A stretch of 63,373 nt of DNA, counting the filler, from Reclinomonas americana ATCC 50394 (lineage: Eukaryota): NCBI GenBank assembly GCA_048213135.1. It is 36 parts of 36 records of this genome, joined end to end, with 100 filler letters (N's around TTAATTAATTAA, not from the genome) between each part and the next. Parts side by side here need not be neighbours in the genome. Positions count along the whole stretch, not along the records: positions 12,660 to 14,366 come from AFZH01025286.1; positions 14,467 to 16,174 come from AFZH01025287.1; positions 16,275 to 17,977 come from AFZH01025288.1; positions 18,078 to 19,778 come from AFZH01025289.1; positions 19,879 to 21,580 come from AFZH01025290.1; positions 21,681 to 23,377 come from AFZH01025291.1; positions 23,478 to 25,176 come from AFZH01025292.1; 29 more parts are not named here. The stretch is one strand, 5' to 3'. Position numbers and translations under genes: made by a program. Below, piece by piece: positions 12,866-24,996 of this stretch (the first letter of the stretch is position 1; the number at the start of each line of letters is the position of its first letter). The notes under the pieces were generated by a model. The model made no database searches. It was not told the DNA's origin and was given only the letters and a program-made list of their open reading frames with translations.

Positions 12866-14068
12866 TCAAGGACGAGATCCTGAGCCGCTGGCGCCACCGC
12901 GGCCGCTGACGCTCTTGGCCACACGAATTTGGTTCTCGATGAACTCCGACTGTGCGAGGTGAATAAGCACTCCACACTCCTCGAAAAAAGCAGAGAACAA
13001 CAGCAACGTACCCAGCGCTTGAGCGAGGCGGAATCAGTGGCGCGGAACGACACGCTGCGCGGGCCGTCCCTCACCTCGAACTCGACGCTCTCGGGGCGAA
13101 TCGAGCCCATCTCGGACGTGCGCAAATCGACGACATCCTCGCTCTCGTTCTCGTCGAAATTCTTGAAGACGACCAGGTGGAAAAACGTGACCACCACGTC
13201 CTTCTCGACGTACGTGGTCAAGTCAGAGCCCGCCGCCGATCCCGACGCGCCACCCGCAGGTGCCGCAGTGCCCGCCGTGCCCTTGACATAGAGCAGGCCC
13301 TCCAGCACCTCGTGACGCTTGTCGAGGTAGTCGGGCACCTGGCCGTGCCATGGCTCGTTGCGCTCCACCGCCTCCATGGCCGCCACAGCCCACGCCTGTC
13401 GCGCCTCCTCCGACCTCGCAAGCAGGCGGAAGCGGCGGTGCGGTCCCACAATCTAGTGAGAATTGTGAGAATGTGAGATGCTGAGCAGTCAATCAGAGCA
13501 GGAAGTGGAGAAAAGCACCTCAAAGTACGAGTTGTTGAGTGCGCCCTGCACCGAGGTGTAGGCCATCTCAGCCGCCACTGGGTGGCCGAGCCAGATGCTC
13601 GCATCCTGCAGCGAGATCACACCCTTTTGGAGAAAAAGAGAGATTTTTTGTGAGGAAAAATTTGCGAAACGCTTCTCACACACATGCGCATGCAATCAAT
13701 CACACATGCACACACACATGACACACACCTGCGCGCCAAACCGCGTGCCATCGGCCGCCTGCCCGCTCTTCACCTTCTCATCAAACGTGCGCCCCTTCTG
13801 TGCTCACACGAGAGAAAAAAGTGTGCGTGAGTATGAGAGAGAGAGCAAGTGTGTGTGTGTGTGCAAAGAAACACAACTCCCTCGCCCGTAAAGTACGCAA
13901 TCTGCTCCGGCGCCAACACAAAGTACCGCTTCTTCCAGTTCTTGCGCTGTGTGTGTGTGCGCGCGCGAGTGCGCAAGTGAGTGTGTGTGTCGCGGAAAAG
14001 TGAGAGGTGCAGTCAAACGCAACAATGGCACCCTGCTTGTGCATCCACGGGTTCAGCTCAGCCGACAT
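12866..14068 (-). CDS. Tandem PH-domain protein, apparently complete, 6 exons
   Basis: WMHKQGAI|RKNWKKRYFVL...GVISLQDA...FRLLARSEEARQAWAVA (PH1); LEGLLYVK...FRATDSASLKRW (PH2); TGA at 12866-12868. Confidence 0.85.
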
Positions 14069-14499
14069 GATTGCAAAACGTTAAAGAGAGAGAGAGAAAC
14101 AGAAGCGTGTGTGTGTGTGCGCGCGTGCAACAAAGTGCAAAAATTGATAGTGACACACAGGACGCCTTTCTCCGCCTTTCTCCCACCTTTTTTCTTCTCG
14201 TTTACTCGTCTACGATTAGTCAGCACAAAAAAAGCAGCTATTGCTGTGGCGGCAGGTTCATGAATTGCTCGTGGAAGGCACGATGCAAGTCGAGAACGGC
14301 AAGTCGTGCGCGGTTCGTCTCCACGTGTGTGGGATCGGAGGCGGCTGGGTCGGCGTCGGTGTTGACNNNNNNNNNNNNNNNNNNNNNNNNNNNNNNNNNN
14401 NNNNNNNNNNTTAATTAATTAANNNNNNNNNNNNNNNNNNNNNNNNNNNNNNNNNNNNNNNNNNNNGGGGGGTGAGTGGCTTGTTTTCCCTCGCGTTCA

Positions 14500-15842
14500 G
14501 ACCCCGCCCGGCGTACCAATGCCGCGTGCACGATTGTACAACATGAAGAGATCGGTGAGAGTGATGACGCCGCCGGCGCGCTGCAGCACGGGCACGAGGA
14601 AGTCGCAGAGTTCGCGAGCGAGCTCGTTGTGGAACTGCGAGCCAGTGATTTTTCTGTGCGACGCGCAGTGAGCATGCATGCATGCATTCGTCTAGTGGCG
14701 GGGAGAGGAGAGCACGCACTTAGAGACTGGAGTGGCGATACCGAGAGAGAGCATCCACTGCTGCAACTCGGCTTGCTCCGATGATGAGGATGACGATAAT
14801 GAGGAAGACGAAGACGAGGAAGAGGGGCCAGCTGCGGCCGTGGACGACGACTCGGCTTGCAGCGACGCCGCGTATCTCTCCGTCAGGGCCACCTGGTCCG
14901 CAGCAGCGTCAGCGATGTGTGTCAGAGAGGTCTGCAGAGCGGCGACACACGCTCACCACGCACCAATTGCGACGCGTTGTCCATGAGCGCATCGAGGTCC
15001 TGGAACGCCGCCGACAAGCGCTGCTGCGTACTCCTGTCGCGCTCCTCAGCACGCTTCAGCAGACCACTCACACCAGCGCGTCGTGTGGTGAACGCCTCCA
15101 CGGGCGCCACGACCTCCGCCGCGGCCGCCGTGGATCCCGACAACGACGACGACGACGATGAACCCGCAACATGCGCCATCTCCGGCTTTGCTTGCGCCCA
15201 TGGTCTTCTCTCGAGCAGCTTCTGCACCTCGGCAATCAGCTCGTTGAGGCCCTTGCTGCCCTTGATGATCACCAACAGCGCGTCCTCGACAACTGCAGCG
15301 CGCATGAGCAGCCGGCGACGACGACACTGCACAAAGGAAGAACACACCTCGTCCATCCGCGGTCTTGCTCAGTGCCAGCGACGCCTTGGGACTGGAGAAC
15401 AAGCCACCACCCTGCGCATGCAAACTCGTCACGTATTGCTCAGACACACGCGTTCCTATGAAAGCCACGCACCACTCGCTGCACAGAGCGCACATCCGAG
15501 AGGAACACGCACACCGGAGGCGGTGCCTGGCCTCCACTCTGTGTGAGTGTGAGAGAAAGTGAGAGAGAGAGATGATGATGATGATGACAAGGAACAGACC
15601 CTCCAGATCAACCGATGCGTGGTCACTGTCAGCGTTCCCTGCTGATGCACGCTCTTGTTGCCGCGTCTGTGGTCAGGCACACGGTGAGCGAGAGGCCACA
15701 GGGAAGAGAGAGAGAGAGCAGGGAGACGCAACGCATCACACAAGGTCACATCCACGTAGCCTGTGCATTCGACTTCGCCCTCACGAAACGCCGGGCGCCC
15801 ACTGGCTGTCACCTCCAGCGCCACACAGAACACCTCGTTCAT
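14500..15842 (-). CDS. VPS36: ESCRT-II subunit Vps36/EAP45 (GLUE domain plus EAP30 winged helix), partial
   Basis: QQGTLTVTTHRLIW; GLFSSPK; AGVSGLLK...AAFQDLDALMDNA; LSLGIATPV; FHNELARELCDFL...GGVITLTDLFMLYNRARG. Confidence 0.9.
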
Positions 15843-16540
15843 GCACACACACAGAGACAGACGACAAGGACGGAGGAGAAGTGTCCGAGTGGGACACCCA
15901 AATCCGACTGTTGTCAAGTTGTCTCTGTGAATGGACGACGATGATCCACTCGAGGCACTCGACGACGAGTTGGCCGTTCGCAGCAGTGCCTCTGCTGGAG
16001 GAGGAGCAGGAGGAGGAGGAGGAAGTAGTGTGAGCAGTGCAGGCGGCAATGGAGTCATGATGGTGCGGCTGTTGTGGGCGGTGTTGCCGCGCGGTGCGGT
16101 TGTCGGGGTGCCGGCACGTGTGCGCTTTCTTGGTGAGCATGCCCTTTTTTTTCTTCTTCTTCTCTGTCTGTGTGNNNNNNNNNNNNNNNNNNNNNNNNNN
16201 NNNNNNNNNNNNNNNNNNTTAATTAATTAANNNNNNNNNNNNNNNNNNNNNNNNNNNNNNNNNNNNNNNNNNNNCACTACACTGTCAACGCATCATCATG
16301 CATATGTTGAGATCTTGATGATGATGATGATTCATCAAAAGCATGAACGACTGGTGGAGAAGCTGCTGAGCATACAAAATCGTGCTCCGGATGACAGGTG
16401 CAGAAGTAACGAACAGTCGAGAATTAAGGATATATAGAGTATCGACTGCTCGTCTTCACTTCCAGACCCCCATATCCCGAAAACTCACAGTCATTGGCAT
16501 TCTCACTTCCCCACAATCAACGTGCACAAAAAAACACAGA

Positions 16541-17972
16541 TCAACACTGCAGCAGATAAAGCTGACCATTAGCGGTGCCGATCACCAGCTTGTCGCCGTC
16601 GCTGTTGGAGGCCACGACACTCCAGTTGCTACCGCCACTACGATTCGTCCAAGACACTCCAAAGTTAGTGGAAGTAAGGATATTGCCGCCGTTGGACAGA
16701 GCAAACATCGTGCCGAGACTGTTGGAGGCCACACCTCGCCAGTTGCGAGTTGAGTCGTGACCAGTCCACGACTGGCCAGAGTTAGTCGAGGTGTAGATCT
16801 TGCCGGCAGACGGCGAAGCCAGCAGGACGCTGAAGTCAGCGTTGGAGGCCAGATAAAGCCACGGGCCAGTATTTGTGGACGTCCACGACACGCCAGAGTC
16901 AGTGGAAACGAAAATTTTGCCACTGTTCAAGGCAGCCAACAGGCTCGTGCCGGTACTGTCAGAGGCCACTGCTGACCAGTTTCCTGTTGCTGGCAAATTC
17001 GAATTCTCATCCGTCGCCGCCGTCCACGTCACGCCAGAGTCAGTGGAAATGTAAATCTGACCACCGAACTCACCAGCCACTAGGTAGGTGCTCGCTGCTG
17101 GAGGCCACAGCTCGCCAGTCGCGAGCAGAATCGCGAGCCGTCCACGTCGCTCCAGAGTCAGTGGAAGTGTAAATCTGATCGTTGCTTGCAACAGCCACCA
17201 GCTTGGTACCGTCATCGTTCGAGGCCACTCCTCGCCAGTTGCGGGAAGAATCGCGAGCCGTCCACGTCGCGCCAGTGTCAGCAGAGGTGTAAATCCGACC
17301 AGGGTTCAACACACCCACCAGTTTGCTGCCGTTGCCACTTGAGGCCACTCCACTCCAATTGCCAGTGACGGCAAGAGTGGATGTCGGAGCACAGGTCGAG
17401 CACGAGGATCCTATTCAACACAACCACGCGCAAGAGTTAGCACTACCACCACCAAGAGCAGCTCACTGCACCACTCACCAGTCCACGAAATCGCACACTG
17501 GCATGTTCCGTCGCTTCCGCACGTTCCGTGCCCAGAGCACGTGGTGGCCGCCTCACAGTTCACGTCGCACGAGGCACCGTAATAGTCAGCAGCGCACTGG
17601 CATGTACCATCACTCTTGCAAGTTCCATTGCCGGAGCATGTCGTCGCCGCCACGCAGTTCACATTGCACGAAGAGCCGTAGTAGTTAGCGGAGCACTAAC
17701 ACGTTCCGTCACTCTTGCACGTTCCGTTGCCGGAGCACGTCGTGGTGGGACTGCAGTTGCAGCTGGCATTGGTGTAGTCGCCGGTGCACTGACACGTGCC
17801 GTCACTCTTGCAAGTTCCGTTGCCCGAGCACGTCGTCGCCGCCACACAGCTCACATTGCACGAGGTACCGTAGTAGTCGCCCGTGCACTGGCATGTACCG
17901 TCACTGTTGCACGTTCCGTGGTCCGAACACGTCGTGGCTGCCACGCAGTTCGGATTGCACGGGAACACGTAA
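16541..17972 (-). pseudogene. EGF-like repeat array fused to a BNR/Asp-box beta-propeller; disrupted by an in-frame TAG and a frameshift
   Basis: Five CSGNGTCKSDGTCQC-type repeats; intron 17411-17478; then repeats IYTSTDSGATW..RNWRGVASN.DGTKLVA; TGT-TAG-TGC at 17696-17698 where sister repeats read CQC; frameshift near 17092. Confidence 0.7.
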
Positions 17973-18111
17973 ACCTGNNNNNNNNNNNNNNNNNNNNNNN
18001 NNNNNNNNNNNNNNNNNNNNNTTAATTAATTAANNNNNNNNNNNNNNNNNNNNNNNNNNNNNNNNNNNNNNNNNNNNTAGAAATAATAAATGGCGGTGAC
18101 GGTGAGCGCAC

Positions 18112-19020
18112 CCTTGTTCTTCTTGTTGGCCGTGGCCATGTCCTTGTCGGCTCCCTCGTGCGCCTGGATCAGATGATCGCAGTGGATGGTGCTCGGCACG
18201 GCCACACGCGGCAGACCCGACGAGATGAACTGCAGCAGTGCCATCTATATCCCACAAAGTCGCAATTGTGCTTATTTTCAGAAATAGATGAACACGCCCA
18301 CAAAGAGTAAGACTGCAGCAGTCGCGTCACCTGCGCAGTAGCATCCTGCAGCGCCACGCGGTCGGGGCGCAGCTTGAGGTACGACTTTCCACGCTCGACC
18401 TCCTGCTTGTGCGGGTCGTCGAGGTGTGAAAACAGGATCTTCTCGCCCAGCGTCAGTGGGCGCTTCAGACGCGCGCGGACAATCTCCAGGCGCTTCTTCA
18501 TCGCCGCATAGTCGATGCGTGCATCTCCGTCAAACGCACTCATGCGCGGAGCCGCATTCGTGGCCATGGCACGCTGTGAGGGTGAGGGGATCCACAAGTG
18601 AGGAAGAGATTCGCAAAACACAGGAAATGCAGAGGAAAGACAACTAGCGTGCGTACATGCATTGAGCGACAGTGTGTGCGCGAGAGGGAGAGGAGGGATG
18701 GAGAGAGCGTGGAGAGAGACAGACAAAGGACATGTCGACAACACAGGAAACACAAAGATGCCCGCGCGCCCGCATGCAAGTCGCACACAGATTGAAGAAA
18801 CAGTGCATCGCGAGAGACCACAGGAGACACACTCATGCAGCATCGCTCACACCGCCCACAAACGAGACACGCGCGCGTGCTCGTCAAAGTGTGCGAGCGA
18901 CATTTTGCACACGCCCACTTTCACAATCGCACGCAGAGAAGAGATCGAGAAGAGAGACGCAACGGCAAAGGTGCCCGCCACATGGTGATGGCTGGTCGCA
19001 GCCACTCGCGCAGCCAACAT
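18112..19020 (-). CDS. ACO2: Mitochondrial aconitate hydratase, N-terminal part with presequence
   Basis: [24 protein letters not shown] (intron 18574-18963); [49 protein letters not shown]. Confidence 0.95.
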
Positions 19021-19070
19021 CGCGATAACAAAGTGAGTGAGATTCGTCGAGTGGAGTGGACCGTGGAACA

Positions 19071-19723
19071 ATGGGATGCTGTGCGACGAGACAAGACGCT
19101 GCTGCGGTGATGCCCGTGCACATTGTCGCCGCCTCTCCTCCCCCTGCACTAGGCGGCGGCGCAACACCAGTCGCCATCTCGCCAGTCATACCCATGACAA
19201 AATCATCACCAACCGCAGCAGGACGAGTGCGTTGTTTGCCCATAGCGTTGACTGTGTAGACTGCGGACACTGACTGCTGCTGCAACACACACAGAGACGC
19301 ATCTCCTCCAGCACGCAGCTCTTTCCGAGCTTCGCCACGGTGGTTCCGGTCGCGTCTGCGCCAGTTGTACTGCCGCAGAGTGCGCGCGGAGTCAACGGCG
19401 AGCCGTCAATGTTGACTGCGGTCGCCGCGCGACTGTGGGAGCGCTCGCCTCCTCCACCCTCGTCGACCAGTCGCGGAGAGGCGTCGACCTCGGCGGCGTT
19501 GTCGGCCGACGACTATGATGATGGGGCGGAGGTGGAGGGAGAGATTGATGAGGACGATGATTTGGGCGATGCAGCGGGCATGGGCTTGGATGATGGAGGT
19601 GCCTGCTTATCAGTACGCACTGGTGTTCTTCATTATACCGTGGCTTATGCACGTGTGTCATGCAGTGGTGTTGTTTGACTCGGCGCGCGATCTGACGGCG
19701 CCTTCGAGTGCCGGCAGTCTCAG
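19071..19723 (+). CDS. Unknown protein with MGCC (myristoyl/palmitoyl-type) N-terminus, partial, head-to-head with aconitase
   Basis: MGCCATRQDAAAV...AAGR|gtgcgt; downstream acidic exon with GT-AG boundaries. Confidence 0.45.
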
Positions 19724-19884
19724 GTGCGCGTTGCACAGATGCATACAAGCAGAGTTTGTTGCTTTTCTTACGTCGTCTNNNNNNNNNNNNNNNNNNNNNN
19801 NNNNNNNNNNNNNNNNNNNNNNTTAATTAATTAANNNNNNNNNNNNNNNNNNNNNNNNNNNNNNNNNNNNNNNNNNNNGAGGCG

Positions 19885-21568
19885 ATGAAGGCCTTCAAGG
19901 CTCACGATTTCGCCACGGCGGAACCTCTCTTCGCCCAGTGCGTGCGCGACTTTACTGAGCATCTCGGCCCGCACAATGACGTGTGGACGATTATGTCAGC
20001 ACAAAACCACTTGTGGTGTCTTGTGGCGACAGAGGACCACGCGCGTGTTCTGGCGGTGCTCGAGGAGCTGTCGACGCGATACCGTCGTGTTTACGGTGAT
20101 AACCACATGTTGATGGTGTTTGTGTCGGCTTTGCGTGGCAGCAAGTTGATGCACGTCGGTCGGGTCGCGGAGGCAGTTACTGTGCTGCGCGCCGCGATAG
20201 TGAAGATGCGACGAGTTGTGCCGGAGAAGCACGGGTTGTGGCTGTCGATTCCGGACTGGTATTCTCGGGCGCTGATTTGCTCAGACATGCACGCAGAAGC
20301 TGTTGTCGTCATCAGAGACATGCTGAAGTTGCGAACCGCCGACGTAGAACTGAGCTGCTGGTTTGCACTTGCCCGCACCCTTGCTGTGGCTCTTTTTGGT
20401 GTTGGCGGCACGGCTAACTGGACTGAGGCACTGTCGCTGTACGAGCGTGTCGTTCCATTGTTTCGCGAGACCTACGGTATTGATGACCCTCGCAATCTGG
20501 AAGTGTGCGGTGAGTACGGTGCCACACTGGGCAAGGTTGAGCGGTACGGTGAAGCTATTGATGTGTTGCGCGACACGCTGGAACGTCAAAAGCGAGTGTT
20601 GCCGAAGGGCAGCCAGTGGTTACTCCACACGAAGCATATTCTTTCCGAAGTGTTTTACCGTAGCGGCGATTGTAAGGCTGCTGTTGATATCGGGCGCGAC
20701 GTGATGGAATGGCGACTGATGCAGCACGACAACTTTTCAGGCGCAGGACGGCGTAATTTTCTTCACCGATTTTCTGGTTGGTGTCGGCGGCAAGACTCAA
20801 CTGGCGGAGGCTGTTAAGCTGCTCCAGGACATACGTGAGCGGCGGCTACAACTGCTTGGTGCAGATCACACGGGTACACTGGTCGCGTCTGTCCGACTGG
20901 GCAACGCCCTGCATCGGCTTGGTCGACCGCAAGACGCTGTCGCAACGCTCACTGATGCGCTGGTTCGGATGAAGCGATCCGCTGACCTCGAGCCGGATGA
21001 CGAAGCCTTGTTGAAGACAACGCATGAACTCACACTGGCTTATGCGTCGTGCGGGAATTTCGGAGAGGCAGTTCGACTTGGTCGAGAACTCATCGCTGCG
21101 AATCAACGAAAATTTAACGCTGATCATCCAGTCACGTGGATGTGTATCCGTAGCTTTGCTTCTCATCTCTCCAAACTCGGCGGCGCTGCGAATTTGGAGG
21201 AAGCAGAGCGCTTGATGGACGATATCGTGAACAGACAGGACAAGCTGTGTGGCCCTGATTATTGCACGGTTGAATTCGAAGACGACGAGGCGCTGCTGAA
21301 GGGCGTACGTGCTGCTCTTGAACGAAATCGGCGCAGGGAGAGAGGCGAGTCAGAGCCCGAGGCAGCGATGAAGACGACACAACCGCAGCAGGACAAGTCT
21401 GGCTCTTCCGCCGGTGAGTTCATGTCTTGTCACCGTAGGTTGTGATCCCTTTGTCCTCACTCTTTGATGTATTTTGTGGACGCAGTGCCGGTCGATGTTG
21501 TTCAATCGTCCACTGCTTCATCGGTTTCGTTGGTGTCCACCCCAGCCTTCCTTCCGTACGGTTGCTAA
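19885..21568 (+). CDS. Kinesin-light-chain-type TPR repeat protein (TPR_10/12-like), 5' partial, one frameshift near 20735
   Basis: ~42-aa repeats with LGPHN, YGDNH, YGIDDP, LGADHTGT, FNADHPVT turns; repeat frame resumes in +1 after AACTTTTCAG; terminal intron 21414-21485; TAA at 21566-21568. Confidence 0.8.
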
Positions 21569-21680
21569 TATGACGTGCATNNNNNNNNNNNNNNNNNNNN
21601 NNNNNNNNNNNNNNNNNNNNNNNNTTAATTAATTAANNNNNNNNNNNNNNNNNNNNNNNNNNNNNNNNNNNNNNNNNNNN

Positions 21681-22757
21681 GCCGGCGAGGGCGCCGATGA
21701 CCACGAGCGAGCCGGGGATCGAGATCGCGCGGTTCATGACGCGCGGCGTGATGACGTAGGCCTCGATCTGCATGTAGATCAGGTAGACGATCGCGAAGAC
21801 CAGCGCGCCGATCGGATTGGTGAAGAGCGCGATGCCGGTGCCGATGATCCAGAACATCACGGAGCCGACGAGCGGGATCAGCGTGATGCAGAACGCGACG
21901 GTCGCCATCAGCGGGGGGAACGGCAGGCCGAGGAAGAAGTACAGCAGGAAGGCGAGCAGCGCGTTGAAGAACGCGAGCACCACCATGCCCATGACATAGC
22001 CGCCGACCGAGTCGGTGATCTGGTCGGTGATGTCACCGGCGCGGGCGCGGTCGCGGGCCGGCGCGAGACGCAGCAGGCTGGCCTTGATCCCGGAGAGGCT
22101 CGCGAGGAAGTAGAGCGTCAGCACGATCACGATGATCGTGCCGGAGATCCCGGTGGCGATCGATGCGCCGACCTTCAGCGCACCGCCGCCGATGGTGGCG
22201 AGGTTGCCGAAGTCCGAGAGGAACTTCTGCACCTCCGCGACCAGATCCTGGAACTGCTCGCCGAACTGCCTCTCCAGGGTGGCGTAGAGATCGCTCCGGG
22301 TGAACTCCTGGACCATGCCGGGCACCGAGCGGACGAAGCTCGAGATCTGGTCGACGACGATCGGGATGACCATCCACAGCAGGAGGGCGAACACCACGAT
22401 GAGGCCGAGGGTCACGACGAGGACCGCGATGGCCCGGGACATGCCGCGACGCTCGAGCAGGCGAACCGCGGGGTCGAGACCGAGAGCCGCGAAGAGGGCG
22501 AGGGCGATGTAGATGAGGACCGTCGAGAGGCTCGTGAGGGCCAGGCCCAGCACGACCGCGCCGAGGCCGCCGAGTGTCACGAGGAAGCCGAAGACGAAGG
22601 GGCGATCGATGCGGGTCCAGAACGATCCACGCGGTGCCATGGGCTCGACGACGGGACGCGGAACAGTCTCGGTCGTCGGTCCGCCGGGGGCATCGGTCGG
22701 GGTCTCGGATGCCACGCCGTCGGTGGGTGCGGAGGCCGGCGACTCTTCGTTGCTCAT
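21681..22757 (-). CDS. AI-2E family (UPF0118/PerM) transporter, actinobacterial, 3' partial
   Basis: Multi-TM; LDPAVRLLERRGMSR, LIPLVGS, YMQIEAYVITPRVM; very high GC3, intronless. Confidence 0.92.
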
Positions 22758-22819
22758 GTGCTCACGATAGCGGTGGGCGTCGTCGGAACACGGGCGTTCG
22801 GCGGCTCTAGAGTAGGGGA
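22758..22819. promoter_or_regulatory. Divergent leaderless-type promoters
   Basis: TAGAGT (22808-22813) lies 6 nt before ATG 22820; on the minus strand TATCGT (22769-22764) lies 6 nt before ATG 22757; TANNNT + 6 nt + ATG is the actinobacterial leaderless pattern. Confidence 0.6.
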
Positions 22820-23119
22820 ATGACAGCCGCTGAGGACCCGAAGGCCGAACTGCTCCGACTTCGCGCCAGCATCGACAACATCGACGCCGCGCTGATCTTC
22901 ATGCTGGCCGAGCGCTTCCGCGCCACCCAGCAGGTCGGGCATCTGAAGGCCGAGCACGAGATGCCCGCATCCGATCCGAATCGGGAGGAGCAGCAGGTCG
23001 CGCGCCTCCGTGCGCTCGCGGAAGAGGCGCATCTCGATCCGGAGTTCGCGGAGAAGTGGTTCAACTTCGTGGTGGCCGAGGTCATCCGCCACCACACCGA
23101 GGCGGCTGAGGGCCGCTGA
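22820..23119 (+). CDS. Chorismate mutase (AroQ, type II), Microbacteriaceae-like
   Basis: LLRLRASIDNIDAALIFMLAERFRATQQVGHLKA...DPNREEQQVARLR...FAEKWFNFVVAEVIRHH. Confidence 0.93.
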   Translation: MTAAEDPKAELLRLRASIDNIDAALIFMLAERFRATQQVGHLKAEHEMPASDPNREEQQVARLRALAEEAHLDPEFAEKWFNFVVAEVIRHHTEAAEGR

Positions 23120-23128
23120 GAAGAAGTG

Positions 23129-23167
23129 CCGGACGGGCGACGGTGTGTGCAGCACTCGCCCGTCCGG
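23129..23167 (+). terminator. GC-rich stem-loop after chorismate mutase
   Basis: Perfect 12-bp inverted repeat CCGGACGGGCGA...TCGCCCGTCCGG; no U-tract. Confidence 0.6.
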
Positions 23168-23192
23168 AGCTGGGGGAGGCCTTTCGGCCAAC

Positions 23193-23213
23193 TAAGTTCA
23201 ATGAATAAACTTA
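23193..23213. promoter_or_regulatory. Candidate ROK-family operator palindrome
   Basis: TAAGTTCAATGAATAAACTTA, an AT-rich imperfect dyad upstream of a ROK-like regulator. Confidence 0.5.
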
Positions 23214-23278
23214 CGGAGAGACTACGGATCGTAGCTCGATCTGTCAACAGCTCGCTCGCGAGAGCCTGAACGGAACCC

Positions 23279-23377
23279 ATGCTCAACTCGGATGACGCCC
23301 TCGACACCCAGGCCTCGGTGCGGCGCGCCAACCTGCGGCGGGCGCTGCAGCTGGTCTTCCGCAATCCCGGCGTGCAG
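23279..23377 (+). CDS. ROK-family transcriptional regulator, N-terminal fragment
   Basis: MLNSDDALDTQASVRRANLRRALQLVFRNPGVQ matches the vRr.N...vL..l start of the ROK HTH. Confidence 0.65.
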
Positions 23378-23537
23378 NNNNNNNNNNNNNNNNNNNNNNN
23401 NNNNNNNNNNNNNNNNNNNNNTTAATTAATTAANNNNNNNNNNNNNNNNNNNNNNNNNNNNNNNNNNNNNNNNNNNNACTCTTTCTCCCATGGAGAGCAG
23501 TCAACACAGAAGACGAGGAAGAGGACGAGGAGGTACC

Positions 23538-24041
23538 GTAGGCGCCAACGTCCAAACGCAACGCGCGCAAATCCACATTCTGATGGTGCAACAGATGCGC
23601 CCTCCGCATCAACACCTCCTTGCACTCCTCCACGCGCTCCTGCAACAGCGGCAGGATGAAGCACAGCGGCACACGATGCTGCTGCTGCAACAGCGAAGTC
23701 GAGGAAGCCGATGGAGGAGGAGGCGGAAACACCGACTGCGGCTGAGTGACCACTGGTGAATCCATTGACATTATGGAGACAGGCACTGGTGGAGTGCCTG
23801 GTCGTTGCTGTTGCTGTTGTTGTTGCTGCTGTTGTTGTTGCGCAGAGGGAGGCGCGTGGAGACCGCCGCCGCCTGTGGAGGTCGCCAGCTTGAGTGGCGA
23901 GTGCGAGGGCGGTGGCAGTGAGGGCGACAGCGAGGCGCGTCGTTGTTGTGGTGGTGGTTGAGGCACAGTGAGAGTGGCGGCTGTGGCGGCTGCGGCGGAA
24001 GAGGGCGACGATGCGCCGGTGGGCGACGACGCTCGCCGCAT
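23538..24041 (-). CDS. Unknown S/P/Q-rich low-complexity protein, first exon
   Basis: Poly-Q/P ORF ending in a helical segment, followed by donor gtacct. Confidence 0.45.
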
Positions 24042-24923
24042 CGCGCAGACAAAAAAATCAACAGCTCATTGACACCCATTGGTGTCACATCGGCGCATCG
24101 GCAATGATTGATGATAATGGCGGTTGCTGTGGGATTCCATCGAGGGTCGATGGTGCAGGGAGACACTGATTGCATGCACTCGCCGATCAAGCCGAGACAC
24201 TGATGGACATTAATACCGACCGAAATCGATATATATATCCTCTCGAGGCCAACACGCGTTTGATTGGCTTTGTCTCCTGAAAGGGAAGATGACTGTTGGA
24301 GAAGTAACTATGTATTTCTGTACTGTTGGTGTGCCAAGGTCATTGTCGGCAGGGGATTTGTGGGCGTTTATCGCATTACGCGTAATATCTATATTGGAAT
24401 GTGGTGAATTTGCACACAAACCACTGAACGCAAACAAGTCTCGTGTGCTTTCCTTTTAACAACCCACTTGTTCATGTTTTTTAGTTTCTCTTTTTGATAT
24501 GCCGTGGGGGAGGAGTCTTGTCAACGAATGAAGAGTGACGGTCAACGGCCAAGGCCCATACCACCTGAGCAGCATGAACTCACACACTGTCGCCATTCCG
24601 TTCTCCGCGTGAGATTGAGTCGGTGGAGTTGGGAGGCACTCCTGATCACGGCATCCATCAGGATATATTTTAGCAATCAAGACATGCTGGAAGTCCGTCC
24701 GCCGCGCCAAACTTTTGCACCTGTTCCGTGATTCGTCGTGCTCATTCAAGATGGCGATCATCATGCAGCTGCGTGCTGTGTCGACTCTTAAGAAGTTGCA
24801 AGCGTGTTGCTGACCAAGAGGATCCGCAGCTGATCCGAAATTCGAAAAAAAAAATTCCCGCCCATTTATTTGTGTGGTTTGCATTGCTTTTTTGTCACGC
24901 ACACACACACACACACAAACGTA

Positions 24924-24996
24924 ATGCGGCGCCTCGCACTCTCTCGCATTCTCCTCGCGCTTCTCTGCGCTGCTTGCATCGTCAGCGTGGCGTTTG
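24924..24996 (+). CDS. Signal-peptide first exon of an unknown secreted protein
   Basis: MRRLALSRILLALLCAACIVSVAFG then g|gtgagt. Confidence 0.55.

Noticed and set aside
17696..17698. TAG reassigned to Gln (TAG at a conserved Q in an EGF repeat)
   Set aside because: SCS-beta ends with TAG at its expected C-terminus in both copies, and Gln-rich genes (coiled-coil, lipase) show no in-frame TAG. The same gene also has a frameshift, so a C>T lesion is simpler.
24200..24500. AT-richer block as an inserted element or ncRNA
   Set aside because: No terminal repeats, stable structure or recognisable ORF found; consistent with an intergenic promoter region.
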